From positions 4,713 to 68,712 of IMG/VR virus record IMGVR_UViG_3300042691_043434: 64,000 nt of DNA; one strand, given 5' to 3'. The translations under genes and the position numbers were made by a program. The notes beneath the pieces are model-generated. The model did no database searches. It saw only the letters and a program-made list of their open reading frames with translations, and was not told where the DNA came from. Below, piece after piece: positions 28,368 to 37,128 of this stretch. This DNA comes from a virus. How positions within the stretch are numbered: the stretch's first letter is position 1; each line of letters begins with the position of its first letter.

Positions 28368-30276
28368 TAGCACTTGGGACAGAGAAAATAGCAAGAAGTC
28401 CGTATCGCCAGCATTCATATACGGACGCAGCAAGGTTACCTACGAGTTCCCGAACCGACGTTCGACTAAAATTTTTAGCCATAAGCTAGGAAACATAACA
28501 TTCCGAGACGGATTAGCCAACGACTTGGAAACAAGCCGTAACGACCTTATCACGAATCTCTACGGGACTAGAGATGTTGGCGGATATGTATACAAGTCAG
28601 TGTCTCATGTCCATATCGTTTCAACACTCATCGGTAGCGATCTCACCGTTCTCGGCCATGGCGTACCGGTCAAAAGTGGCTGGGAAAACTGTGCAATGGT
28701 AGGGACAGATTGTGAGGAGGGCGAAAGCGATACTAAATGTGAGGTTGGAAAATGTCGGATAGGGACATTGACAAGGATGTCTGGAGACAAGTGGCGTTAC
28801 GACTCACTTACTGTACCAGGACTGTATTACTTTGTGTTTGGAAAAGAATCAATCACTCTACGCAGCGTAACAAAGGGCAAATTTACACTTCCGGCAGGCA
28901 TAGGAACAGTTAACGTGCCGCGTATTGCAAGCATTCCGGCAACAGTATACTTACCCCCCGCTACCTACTCCACCGAAACATTCACAAGACGAGTAATAAC
29001 AAAGTTGAATAGTGACGGTTCGGTGAGGTCGCTTACAGATTCGGTCGATAACTTTCTCAGGGTGTTATTAGACGGGTATTACGCAGAAGTCCGGGTAGAG
29101 GTAAAAGTTAAAAACAATTTGCTCGAGACTTTAAAATCTCAATTGTCCACTATCTGGCACGAAGCTGCATCTGGTGCTATCGAATCCGTTTGGTCGCAAC
29201 GATATGCTGGTACTGATATGACAAATAGGGAGTTTGGTATTCAGGCGTATTCAGCGTTAACGAGCTTGTACGGCCAGGGACTTCAAGTGATGTTAAGTGG
29301 AATTCGAGGTTCAAAGGTGAGTGTCGACGGATCGATCGGGCGTCCGGTATATGGTCGTTTGCCCGGTGTATCAGGGTCGTACAACGACGAGTCAAAGGAT
29401 ACAGTTGCAAAGTGGTTAACGGCCGGATCAGACGATTTGTTGTCAGGAACCAAAACGGTACTTGATAATTTTTATCGTACTTATCTTGATTCCGAAACAT
29501 GCTATCCGCTCAATCTTGATTGGCTGGCTCAGCACTTAGGGTTTGTCGGAGGATTATGGAACCTTGAGTGGCCGACGGAAGTAAAGCGTATTTTGCTTGC
29601 TAACGCACACGTAAATAGAGTTACCGGATCAATGTGGACACAAAATCCTGAACTGGATACACTACGTAAAACTGATTTTTCTAAAATTGAGAGAGTATCA
29701 GTGAATACAGGGACTGGCGTGGTATCCACTGCCTACCGGTATGCGTCTAAATCTTTTAACAGTAATACCGATCTCACTTCGTTAACTACGTATAGCAATC
29801 TTATCATCGATGTAAGTAGATGGCAAGGAATATTTCCTTCCAGGGGAAATTTAACAACACTGCTATTTATGTTCTGGACGTTAGGAATCAAAGCCCATAG
29901 TCCGGAAGAGCTAAAATACTCTGATAATTCATATTTCGTCCGTAGCGGTCTCAGGGACCGAGAAATTACCGCACCAGTTAATACTCCATACATGGTAGAT
30001 GTTTTACGAGTAGGTGATGACGTCGACGCGGAGACTGGTAATTACCCGAATCAATTGATCGCGGATATTGGAACGTGTCAAGACGAGCTGTCAGCGAATA
30101 CTGTTATCGTCCGTATGCCGTTTTACTACAATCGAAATGGGAGAAGCTGGGACGCAGCGAGACAAATCCTGGACAATTATATGCCCAATACGGCGATAAA
30201 TAGGATACAATATGCGTATGCGGTAGCTGATCTACTAGTTGCCGATGATGTGTTTTTTGAACCGGTCAATGCATGA
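28354..30276 (+). CDS. Baseplate wedge protein (P2 gpI-like domain)
   Basis: YGRLPG...YLDSETC...LDWLAQHLG...W...KR segment; follows baseplate J. Confidence 0.7.
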   Translation: MISSNSTWDRENSKKSVSPAFIYGRSKVTYEFPNRRSTKIFSHKLGNITFRDGLANDLETSRNDLITNLYGTRDVGGYVYKSVSHVHIVSTLIGSDLTVLGHGVPVKSGWENCAMVGTDCEEGESDTKCEVGKCRIGTLTRMSGDKWRYDSLTVPGLYYFVFGKESITLRSVTKGKFTLPAGIGTVNVPRIASIPATVYLPPATYSTETFTRRVITKLNSDGSVRSLTDSVDNFLRVLLDGYYAEVRVEVKVKNNLLETLKSQLSTIWHEAASGAIESVWSQRYAGTDMTNREFGIQAYSALTSLYGQGLQVMLSGIRGSKVSVDGSIGRPVYGRLPGVSGSYNDESKDTVAKWLTAGSDDLLSGTKTVLDNFYRTYLDSETCYPLNLDWLAQHLGFVGGLWNLEWPTEVKRILLANAHVNRVTGSMWTQNPELDTLRKTDFSKIERVSVNTGTGVVSTAYRYASKSFNSNTDLTSLTTYSNLIIDVSRWQGIFPSRGNLTTLLFMFWTLGIKAHSPEELKYSDNSYFVRSGLRDREITAPVNTPYMVDVLRVGDDVDAETGNYPNQLIADIGTCQDELSANTVIVRMPFYYNRNGRSWDAARQILDNYMPNTAINRIQYAYAVADLLVADDVFFEPVNA

Positions 30277-33200
30277 AAAAAGATAATCCGTTTATTCCTA
30301 TGGCCATATTGGCCGAAGCGCAGAGACGCACGGTCGAAGTTCTAGGAGTACCCTACGCTGACCCGTTTAACGAGGAAGGAGTTATTGTTGACGTAAACGA
30401 TCCGAAGAAACTCGGACGTGTCAAAGTAACAACCAACGACGACATCACTTCGGACTGGATACCAGTAAACGGATCGAACAGTGGTGTGCTAAGTGCGAGA
30501 TATTTGGGCGCTAAAGTGTTGGTTGGAAAGACTAATGGACGATCAGAAAATATGTATGTTATTGGAGTGTCTCGCACCGACCCGGAGATTGGTATTACAG
30601 GCAATCCAGTACAGTTACCAATTCTCGACGAGAGTGTTGGCGGAAAGTCGGATGACATCGGCATGAAATGCAATGCTGGAAACAGTGGCCGGATGTATAT
30701 CCTGAGCAACGAGATGAATCAAGATGTCGTGGTGTGCTTACGTCGAACCAGTAAGCAGGTGGGAAGTAGTAGCGCCTGGTCATGGAAGTCGGTGACCAGT
30801 GGATTGTGGGTCGAAAAGGGTATAAACCCTGGCAACAGTAGCACTCCGGCGATTAACCAGGCGCAAGTGCGAAACCCTGGTATCCCGGAGTGTACAGAGG
30901 CATCTCTAGGAGAAGTACATGAGTTTACTGAAGATCGGGGATTCCGTACAACTACCATTGTGTGTAGACGAGATGAAAATAAAAATTTTTCCTGGATGCC
31001 ATTAAGTGCACCGCCGGTATTCTTTCGTTCAGCGTTGCCAAAGTGTACAGAAACGGTTCATGGCATGGAGGCCGTAATAGATGATGGAAATAATTCGGAA
31101 TTTTTGGTATGTCAGAGGTATCAAGGATTATTGCGGTGGGTGCGTCAGGGCAGTCGCATTCCGCATAAATTTTACAGCAAAGAGAAGCCGCTAAGCCGGA
31201 TTCAGTTCACTAGCACGTTTAATGACATCAAGGCGTTAGAAGAAAATCAGCAACTTAGTGAGAACGACAAATGGCAACAAGCAGCGGACATTATCGACGC
31301 TGCTTTGGACGAGACTGTAAAATCTATACCTTTGACTGGCACCGATCCGAAACTCAAAGAGTTGTTGAAGCTTGCCAACCTCGTACCTGATACGGCATTT
31401 GACGGTGCACAGGTCTTAAAACGAGTGGCGAGTGAGAGTCTACGTAAACGGACCGGACTCCCAATCGAATCTATTACAAGGATCATTGCGGATGACCTGA
31501 ATAGAGATGGTGAGCTATCGCTTGATAGCCGGCAAGCGTTAACAGCCATAGGGAAAACAGTCGATATTTTGGTAAACGGTACGGCGGATGGGAATATCGA
31601 CGCCGCGTTACTACAAATCGGACGGACTGGTCTCCAAAGTGCGTTGTTGTCGCTTGAGCCCAGAGCCGCCTCTGTTATGACAGCGTTGATGGGTAGCGGT
31701 ATTGGCGGTGCGGTAGATGCGGCGGTGGCGATAGGCCTGGACCAACTACCACCGGAGGTTAATAAGTATGCCGGTCCGGTAATCAATATTGCCAAAGACC
31801 TGCTAACATCGAAATATCCAGCTAGCTTGGGAAACATCCTTAACTCCGCCGCAGGTGGCGGTCTTCTCAGCGCGGTGAGTGGGACGATTAACAATGCAGT
31901 GGGAAGTGGAATTGTTTCACCGCAACTGCTTGGGACGTTAGCGACCGGATTAACGGATGGGAGTTTGGGCGATATTCCGAGGCTATTCGGCTCTCTCAGC
32001 AATCTAGACTCGATTGTAAAAACGCCAGCGAGTTTAGGGTCTTTGCCCGTGCTAGCTACTACCGCTCTTGGGTTAGTCGGACAAGCCGGAGCGATGAAAG
32101 ACCTGTTAGGTAGTGGAGGTATCGGCCTCGATAATCTTAATGATCTGATCGGGAACGGATTTAATGCCGCGTCGACGATTGTTAGCGGGGTAAAGGGGTT
32201 GGCTTCTGTTTTAGGTGGAGGGGCAAGCGGTCTTGGTTGCCCGTGCGATCCAAAATGCCGTAAAATTGCACATGGGGAGGATAGCGATGGGAATAACCTC
32301 GTCGAAAAGTGCGGTGCAATGACAGCGAATAATGCGAATTCCTACTCTCCTACCGGTAATCCTCTACAGAATAATTTCGGACCGATTGCGTTGGATCTTG
32401 GCCTAAAGGCGACAGAGGTTGGTGCGGAGTTAATTCCGAAAAACATTCGAGATCTTACCGGTTACATAAAAACCGTAGCGCGGGCTAAAGATATGGCAGA
32501 GAAGTTCTTTAGTTCCCGTAACGCGGACGAAGTTGAGAAAATTTCCGAGCTTGCATATACGCTTGAGGCGGTAGAAAAAGGTCTAAAAACTGCCGACAAC
32601 AACATTACTCGTGTTGAATCAGTTGAAAAGAAACTTATCGACTCGATGTATGATATGCTAGAAGCGATTGTATACAATCGAAAAGGGACTGGTCGTGGGA
32701 CGGCGATTATTCCGAACTTGATACGAGATGTAAGGGAAAATTCTCAAGCAGTAAAGGATTTGTACAAGTTTGTTGAAAAGCTTGATAGCGTTAAAGACGG
32801 AGGTACCGCCGGTGTTACTGTTACCGAGCGTATCGCTCGCGCGTTTCAAAATATTCCAGATCTCCAGGCGCTTAATCGACTAAATCGTCAAGAGGCATTG
32901 AGGGTACTGAGAAAAGGGATTACTCCAGCGTACAGAGAATGGAAGACTATGAATCCGTTAGGTGGTGGTGGCTTGGGGAGTTACGGTCCTCCCTTACCGG
33001 ATCCTTACGATAACGAACGGACATTATTCAATCGTGATCGGATTTTGGCGATTTCGCTAGAGTCTAAATTAGCTGATGACAACGGACCACCAGATGACGA
33101 GACATTGCTCGATTCTGTATTGTCACCTGAGCAAACGCAACTCCTTAAATCGATATCGGGCATGGGTGAGGAGGCTACAAAGGTTGGTAGTAACATTCTT

Positions 33201-33308
33201 AATGGAAACAGTGAACTAGGTAGTATTATCCCAACCGCCGCAAGCGACGGTGAAAGCACGTTATACGATGTGATCGTTGGCAGAGAGGGGCAAACGAATT
33301 GTGAATAA
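30273..33308 (+). CDS. Baseplate spike (gpV/gp5/VgrG-type OB-fold) with long C-terminal extension
   Basis: N-terminal GVIVDVNDPKKLGRVKV...SDWIPV...GAKVLVG OB-fold signature. Confidence 0.75.
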   Translation: MKKDNPFIPMAILAEAQRRTVEVLGVPYADPFNEEGVIVDVNDPKKLGRVKVTTNDDITSDWIPVNGSNSGVLSARYLGAKVLVGKTNGRSENMYVIGVSRTDPEIGITGNPVQLPILDESVGGKSDDIGMKCNAGNSGRMYILSNEMNQDVVVCLRRTSKQVGSSSAWSWKSVTSGLWVEKGINPGNSSTPAINQAQVRNPGIPECTEASLGEVHEFTEDRGFRTTTIVCRRDENKNFSWMPLSAPPVFFRSALPKCTETVHGMEAVIDDGNNSEFLVCQRYQGLLRWVRQGSRIPHKFYSKEKPLSRIQFTSTFNDIKALEENQQLSENDKWQQAADIIDAALDETVKSIPLTGTDPKLKELLKLANLVPDTAFDGAQVLKRVASESLRKRTGLPIESITRIIADDLNRDGELSLDSRQALTAIGKTVDILVNGTADGNIDAALLQIGRTGLQSALLSLEPRAASVMTALMGSGIGGAVDAAVAIGLDQLPPEVNKYAGPVINIAKDLLTSKYPASLGNILNSAAGGGLLSAVSGTINNAVGSGIVSPQLLGTLATGLTDGSLGDIPRLFGSLSNLDSIVKTPASLGSLPVLATTALGLVGQAGAMKDLLGSGGIGLDNLNDLIGNGFNAASTIVSGVKGLASVLGGGASGLGCPCDPKCRKIAHGEDSDGNNLVEKCGAMTANNANSYSPTGNPLQNNFGPIALDLGLKATEVGAELIPKNIRDLTGYIKTVARAKDMAEKFFSSRNADEVEKISELAYTLEAVEKGLKTADNNITRVESVEKKLIDSMYDMLEAIVYNRKGTGRGTAIIPNLIRDVRENSQAVKDLYKFVEKLDSVKDGGTAGVTVTERIARAFQNIPDLQALNRLNRQEALRVLRKGITPAYREWKTMNPLGGGGLGSYGPPLPDPYDNERTLFNRDRILAISLESKLADDNGPPDDETLLDSVLSPEQTQLLKSISGMGEEATKVGSNILNGNSELGSIIPTAASDGESTLYDVIVGREGQTNCE

Positions 33309-34881
33309 AGCGGAGATGGCAAAAGAAAAGGCGTTAGTCTTAAAAATGACGAGCCACATCACCGATCTTAGCCCTGAGGAAAAGAAAGAATTGCTTCGGC
33401 TTCGTTGCCGTACCGAGTTCGTTACATTTGCAAAATACATTACTCGCGAAGTATCTAGCAGCGGGACATTCGTACCGTACAAAGTTCACGAGCTTATCTG
33501 TCACTACGTGCAGAATATTTGTGATGGCAACGCAGACTACCGAAGAACCGTAATCTCTTTACCTCCAAGAACTGGAAAGTCTATGCTACTCAGTAAATTA
33601 ATGCCGAGTTGGCAGCTAGGCAGATCGCCCACAGCTCAAATGATCATGGCGTCGTACGCGTTGAAACTGTCCCAGGAGAACTCCCGAGCGATATTAGCAT
33701 ATGCGACTAGTGAAGCGTTTCAATGGATATTTCCGGAGTGCCTTGTATTAGAAAAGAACTCGAATCTAAAGACGATACGGTCAGAGCAGGGTGGTTTAAT
33801 CATGTCTGCGTCGGCTGGTGGTGGTGTAACCGGATTCGGGTACGGAGTTATCAGTGAGGATGATCTTCCTGGTATCGGGATCCTCGACGACCTTCTAGAA
33901 GACGGTAATAGTGCGCAAGTCCTTGAAAGCACTTTTTCCTGGGCCACAACGCAGTTTTTAACTAGAGGTCTCCCCAACAACTGTGTGGCAAGTATTGGCA
34001 CAAGATTTCACAAAGAAGATGTGTCTGGGAGGTTAATTTCCAGCGACCCTGATGGGTGGAAACAACTTAACGTTCCGGCCTTGTGTGTCGACGAGGAGAC
34101 CGACCCGTTAAGTCGTAAGCTTGGAGAATCTCATTGGCCAGAATTTTTTCCCATTCACGCTCTCGAATCAATTAAAAAACAAGACGAGAAAACCTTTGAA
34201 GTACTGTATCAGGGGAATCCTAAAGGGGAAAGCGGAGCGATTTATAAGGATTTTTGGTTTGAGTATCACGATAAAAATCGGGAGAACTACGAGTATGTAT
34301 ATGCAACTGCGGATACAGCATTGAAAAAGGGTCAGGAGAACGATGCGTCGGTAATCTGTGTGTTTGGGGTAGTCAAGAAAACCCGCAAACTCCACCTCCT
34401 CCATGTGTACCAGGAGCGAATGGAGTTTCCCGAACTCCTCAAGGCGTTGCCGCTATGGATGAAGACTTGGAAGGTGAGAGCGTTGTATATCGAGGCGCGG
34501 GCGTCAGGGTTGCCACTTATTCAAATGCTTCGTAAGGAGATCCAGATTCCGGTTAAGGAGGTCATCCCGGTCAAGGATAAGGTTCTCCGGGCGAACGAGG
34601 TTGCTCCGGTAGCTGAGGATGGTAGGGTCTCAATTTACTCAGGTATCCCGGACCTTGGTAGCCTGATGTCCGAATTGACCGCGTTTCCGTATACCAAACA
34701 TGACGACTTTGTTGATTCGTTCTGTAGTGGTTTAAAGGTCTATCGCGATGAGATTATGGGGTCGGCTAAGGCTGCACACGGTGGTAGTCGGATCCACTTA
34801 CCGACTACTAATTATAGTGGCGGACAGCAACGACTTACCAGCCGGCTTGGTCGCGGATCAGTTAATACGTCGTACTTGTGA
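33301..34881 (+). CDS. terL: Terminase large subunit
   Basis: ISLPPRTGKS Walker A, ILDD Walker B, GTRFH, LYQGNP and RNase H residues ADTA, IEARASG, HDDFVDS. Start is 33277, 33301 or 33316. Confidence 0.92.
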   Translation: MNKAEMAKEKALVLKMTSHITDLSPEEKKELLRLRCRTEFVTFAKYITREVSSSGTFVPYKVHELICHYVQNICDGNADYRRTVISLPPRTGKSMLLSKLMPSWQLGRSPTAQMIMASYALKLSQENSRAILAYATSEAFQWIFPECLVLEKNSNLKTIRSEQGGLIMSASAGGGVTGFGYGVISEDDLPGIGILDDLLEDGNSAQVLESTFSWATTQFLTRGLPNNCVASIGTRFHKEDVSGRLISSDPDGWKQLNVPALCVDEETDPLSRKLGESHWPEFFPIHALESIKKQDEKTFEVLYQGNPKGESGAIYKDFWFEYHDKNRENYEYVYATADTALKKGQENDASVICVFGVVKKTRKLHLLHVYQERMEFPELLKALPLWMKTWKVRALYIEARASGLPLIQMLRKEIQIPVKEVIPVKDKVLRANEVAPVAEDGRVSIYSGIPDLGSLMSELTAFPYTKHDDFVDSFCSGLKVYRDEIMGSAKAAHGGSRIHLPTTNYSGGQQRLTSRLGRGSVNTSYL

Positions 34882-34887
34882 CATTTT

Positions 34888-34898
34888 TGTGCTATAAT
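34888..34898 (+). promoter_or_regulatory. Host sigma70-type extended -10 promoter of the thioredoxin-sigma-nuclease operon
   Basis: TGTGCTATAAT, 29 nt before ATG 34928. Confidence 0.7.
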
Positions 34899-34927
34899 AC
34901 ATATGTATTCGTTTTTAACGGAGAAAA

Positions 34928-35251
34928 ATGACATCGGAATTTAAGTACCGGACAGTGTTTTTTACGATGCCTGGCTGTGCGGCATGCGAAGCTATGAAGC
35001 CGATTTGGGCTAAAGTGGCTGGTGAAGTAGCCGAAGAGTATCCAGAGCTCCGGGTGGGTTGGGGAGAATACGACGTTCTAGACGATAACTGGGAATTTTT
35101 AGAGTCGCTTGTCCCTGGGACATCTGGTCAAGGGACCCCGGAGTTCGCCGTCTTTGACGATGAATGTGAACTCATTGCATTTAACGGTGATGGCATTATG
35201 GCCGCTAGCCAACTCAAAGACTTTATTATCTCATCCATCCATGGAGCTTAA
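34928..35251 (+). CDS. Thioredoxin-like protein
   Basis: FFTMPGCAACEAMKP (CxxC) and GTPEF cis-Pro motif. Confidence 0.8.
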   Translation: MTSEFKYRTVFFTMPGCAACEAMKPIWAKVAGEVAEEYPELRVGWGEYDVLDDNWEFLESLVPGTSGQGTPEFAVFDDECELIAFNGDGIMAASQLKDFIISSIHGA

Positions 35252-35936
35252 TTCGAGACGGAGGGGCAAGAGATCGGAGTACGAGGTTACTCGCGATCGG
35301 CATATTCGTGAGAATATGTGGAAAGCGGCTCATGCGGCGAGAAAAGTCGCAACGTTTAGTGGTTTACCGTTTGAAGAGTTGAGATCGGTAGCGTTAGAGG
35401 CGATGGTGAAACTGTATGACAAATGGGATCCGAGCAAGGCGAATTTTAGTACTTGGCTCAATCGGTCTATGACGTTTCAGATTCTTAATTATCTTCGTGA
35501 CAGTTCACGAATGATCAAGATGCCGAGATCATATGCTGACGCATATATGAAGATTCGGAAAATCATTGGCGCGAATCCGGAAATCAGCGATGACGACGTT
35601 GCCGAACAAACTGGTCTTGATCCGATTCTGATCCGTGAAACCCGTAACGCGTATCAGGTTACGTATCAGGAGGTAAACGAAGACACCGAGATGCCGATTG
35701 ATGATGATGACCCGGATCCTGATAGTATTAAGAAGATGCTAACGGATTACAGCGGGACGCTAGAACGGTTATCTGATTTACCAGAAAAGGAATACAACTT
35801 CCTAGTCGATGTATATATCCATAAACGTGCATTATCGACTATCGCGAAGAAGAATCCGGGAGTTTGTACTCATGAAAAGATTCGAGAACGTACGGATGAA
35901 ATACTACGTAAGGTTCTGAGCGACGATGAGTACTAG
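35241..35936 (+). CDS. Phage RNA polymerase sigma factor (sigma70 family, SigF/SigB-like)
   Basis: Region 2 ELRSVALEAMVKLYDKWDPSKANFSTWLNRSMTFQILNYLRDSSRMIKMPR; region 3 ISDDDVAEQTGL; divergent region 4 LSDLPEKE...IAKK. ATG 35241 overlaps the thioredoxin end. Confidence 0.85.
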   Translation: MELNSRRRGKRSEYEVTRDRHIRENMWKAAHAARKVATFSGLPFEELRSVALEAMVKLYDKWDPSKANFSTWLNRSMTFQILNYLRDSSRMIKMPRSYADAYMKIRKIIGANPEISDDDVAEQTGLDPILIRETRNAYQVTYQEVNEDTEMPIDDDDPDPDSIKKMLTDYSGTLERLSDLPEKEYNFLVDVYIHKRALSTIAKKNPGVCTHEKIRERTDEILRKVLSDDEY

Positions 35937-36645
35937 ACGTTATGTGACCGTATGCGGTCAAGAGTATAACAAAAAAGGGTTCGCGGCTAAGTGGAGTGCG
36001 ATGGTGGCTGGCTATGAGGCTGGTGTCACCTTGATCCCTGCCGACACCTCTTTCGTTAACGACATCTTGCTTCGGATTCCTCGCTTCGCTAGGGTGTTGG
36101 CCCGAGGACGAGTATCGTACAAGGTTGTCAACCAGACGTTTAACGGGAAACGGGTCAAAGGTATCGTACTTGTGACACCGAATTCTGGCTACGAGGTGTG
36201 GGTGGGTAAGCAGGTAGTGGTGAAGGCGATGTTTCCGCCGATTAATGCGCCCGATCCGTCGAAGGAAAATCGCAGGAACGTCTTACGTGCGTTGCGAGGG
36301 GTCATTGAACCGCAGATCGCAGAATATCGTAAACGGTTTAAGGGGCAATCGGTTGTCAAATCGTCGTTAACTGGTAAGCCGATATTCGGCGCTTACCATA
36401 TCGACCATGTATATCCGTTTATTCGTCTGGTTGAGGAGTGGTGCAGGGAGAAGGGAGTGGACCTGGAGACGTTAAAAGTGAAGTGCATAGGCACAATATG
36501 CCGACTCGAATCCGTAGACCTCGCCGAATCCTGGTTCGATTACCATGCGTTACACGCGGAGTTTCAAGTCCTCGACGCGGCGGAGAATGTATCAAAGGGA
36601 GCCCGATATTTCGGGAGACCGAAAAATTCTATCGAAGATTCGTGA
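35926..36645 (+). CDS. DUF3223/DCL-like protein with C-terminal HNH-like nuclease motif
   Basis: ALRGVIEPQI, YHIDHVYPF and WFDYH...Q.L...ENVSKG; overlaps the sigma stop. Confidence 0.55.
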   Translation: MSTRRYVTVCGQEYNKKGFAAKWSAMVAGYEAGVTLIPADTSFVNDILLRIPRFARVLARGRVSYKVVNQTFNGKRVKGIVLVTPNSGYEVWVGKQVVVKAMFPPINAPDPSKENRRNVLRALRGVIEPQIAEYRKRFKGQSVVKSSLTGKPIFGAYHIDHVYPFIRLVEEWCREKGVDLETLKVKCIGTICRLESVDLAESWFDYHALHAEFQVLDAAENVSKGARYFGRPKNSIEDS

Positions 36646-37128
36646 CGCTTCGATAGCCAAGATTTCGTTGATTTCGGGGGAGTCGGATTGAGCCCGGTTC
36701 AACCATGGGCGGTTGGGGTCGCGAGCCTTAGTGTACCCCGACACTGTCGCATATACCTGCATCGGTTTTCTGCCCACTAACGATTCCGACTGGCCGCCGT
36801 AACGAGATTGAAGGTAACGGATAACAGGGGAGTCAGGTCCCTGCCTCTCAAGTTCGACTTCGAGGGATTTTAACGAACTCTGCAGGGAATCGAATAGCTG
36901 TTCTCCGTAGTTACCGCTATCTATCTCGACTGTCGCTGCTTCAATCGACTTAACGTACTGGGAGATGTTATGGGTGAGTTCGCGACTATATCCTTCTGCG
37001 ACAGTGCGTAGAAACTCTGCCCGGACCGATTCGGCGATTTGAGATACCGCTTCGCGTTTAGCGATTTGCTTAGCGGAATCTTCAATTATGTCGCGTATAA
37101 ACAACCCGAGCAACGACTTAATTATCAT
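36592..37128 (-). CDS. Hypothetical protein (possible tail/neck assembly)
   Basis: 178-aa ORF whose start overlaps the stop of the hub gene. Confidence 0.6.
   Translation of the reverse strand: MIIKSLLGLFIRDIIEDSAKQIAKREAVSQIAESVRAEFLRTVAEGYSRELTHNISQYVKSIEAATVEIDSGNYGEQLFDSLQSSLKSLEVELERQGPDSPVIRYLQSRYGGQSESLVGRKPMQVYATVSGYTKARDPNRPWLNRAQSDSPEINEILAIEASRIFDRIFRSPEISGSL

Noticed and set aside
1-33308. Bacterial extracellular contractile injection system or tailocin
   Set aside because: Terminase, RNR, primase/helicase and phoH in the same dense layout indicate a genuine phage.
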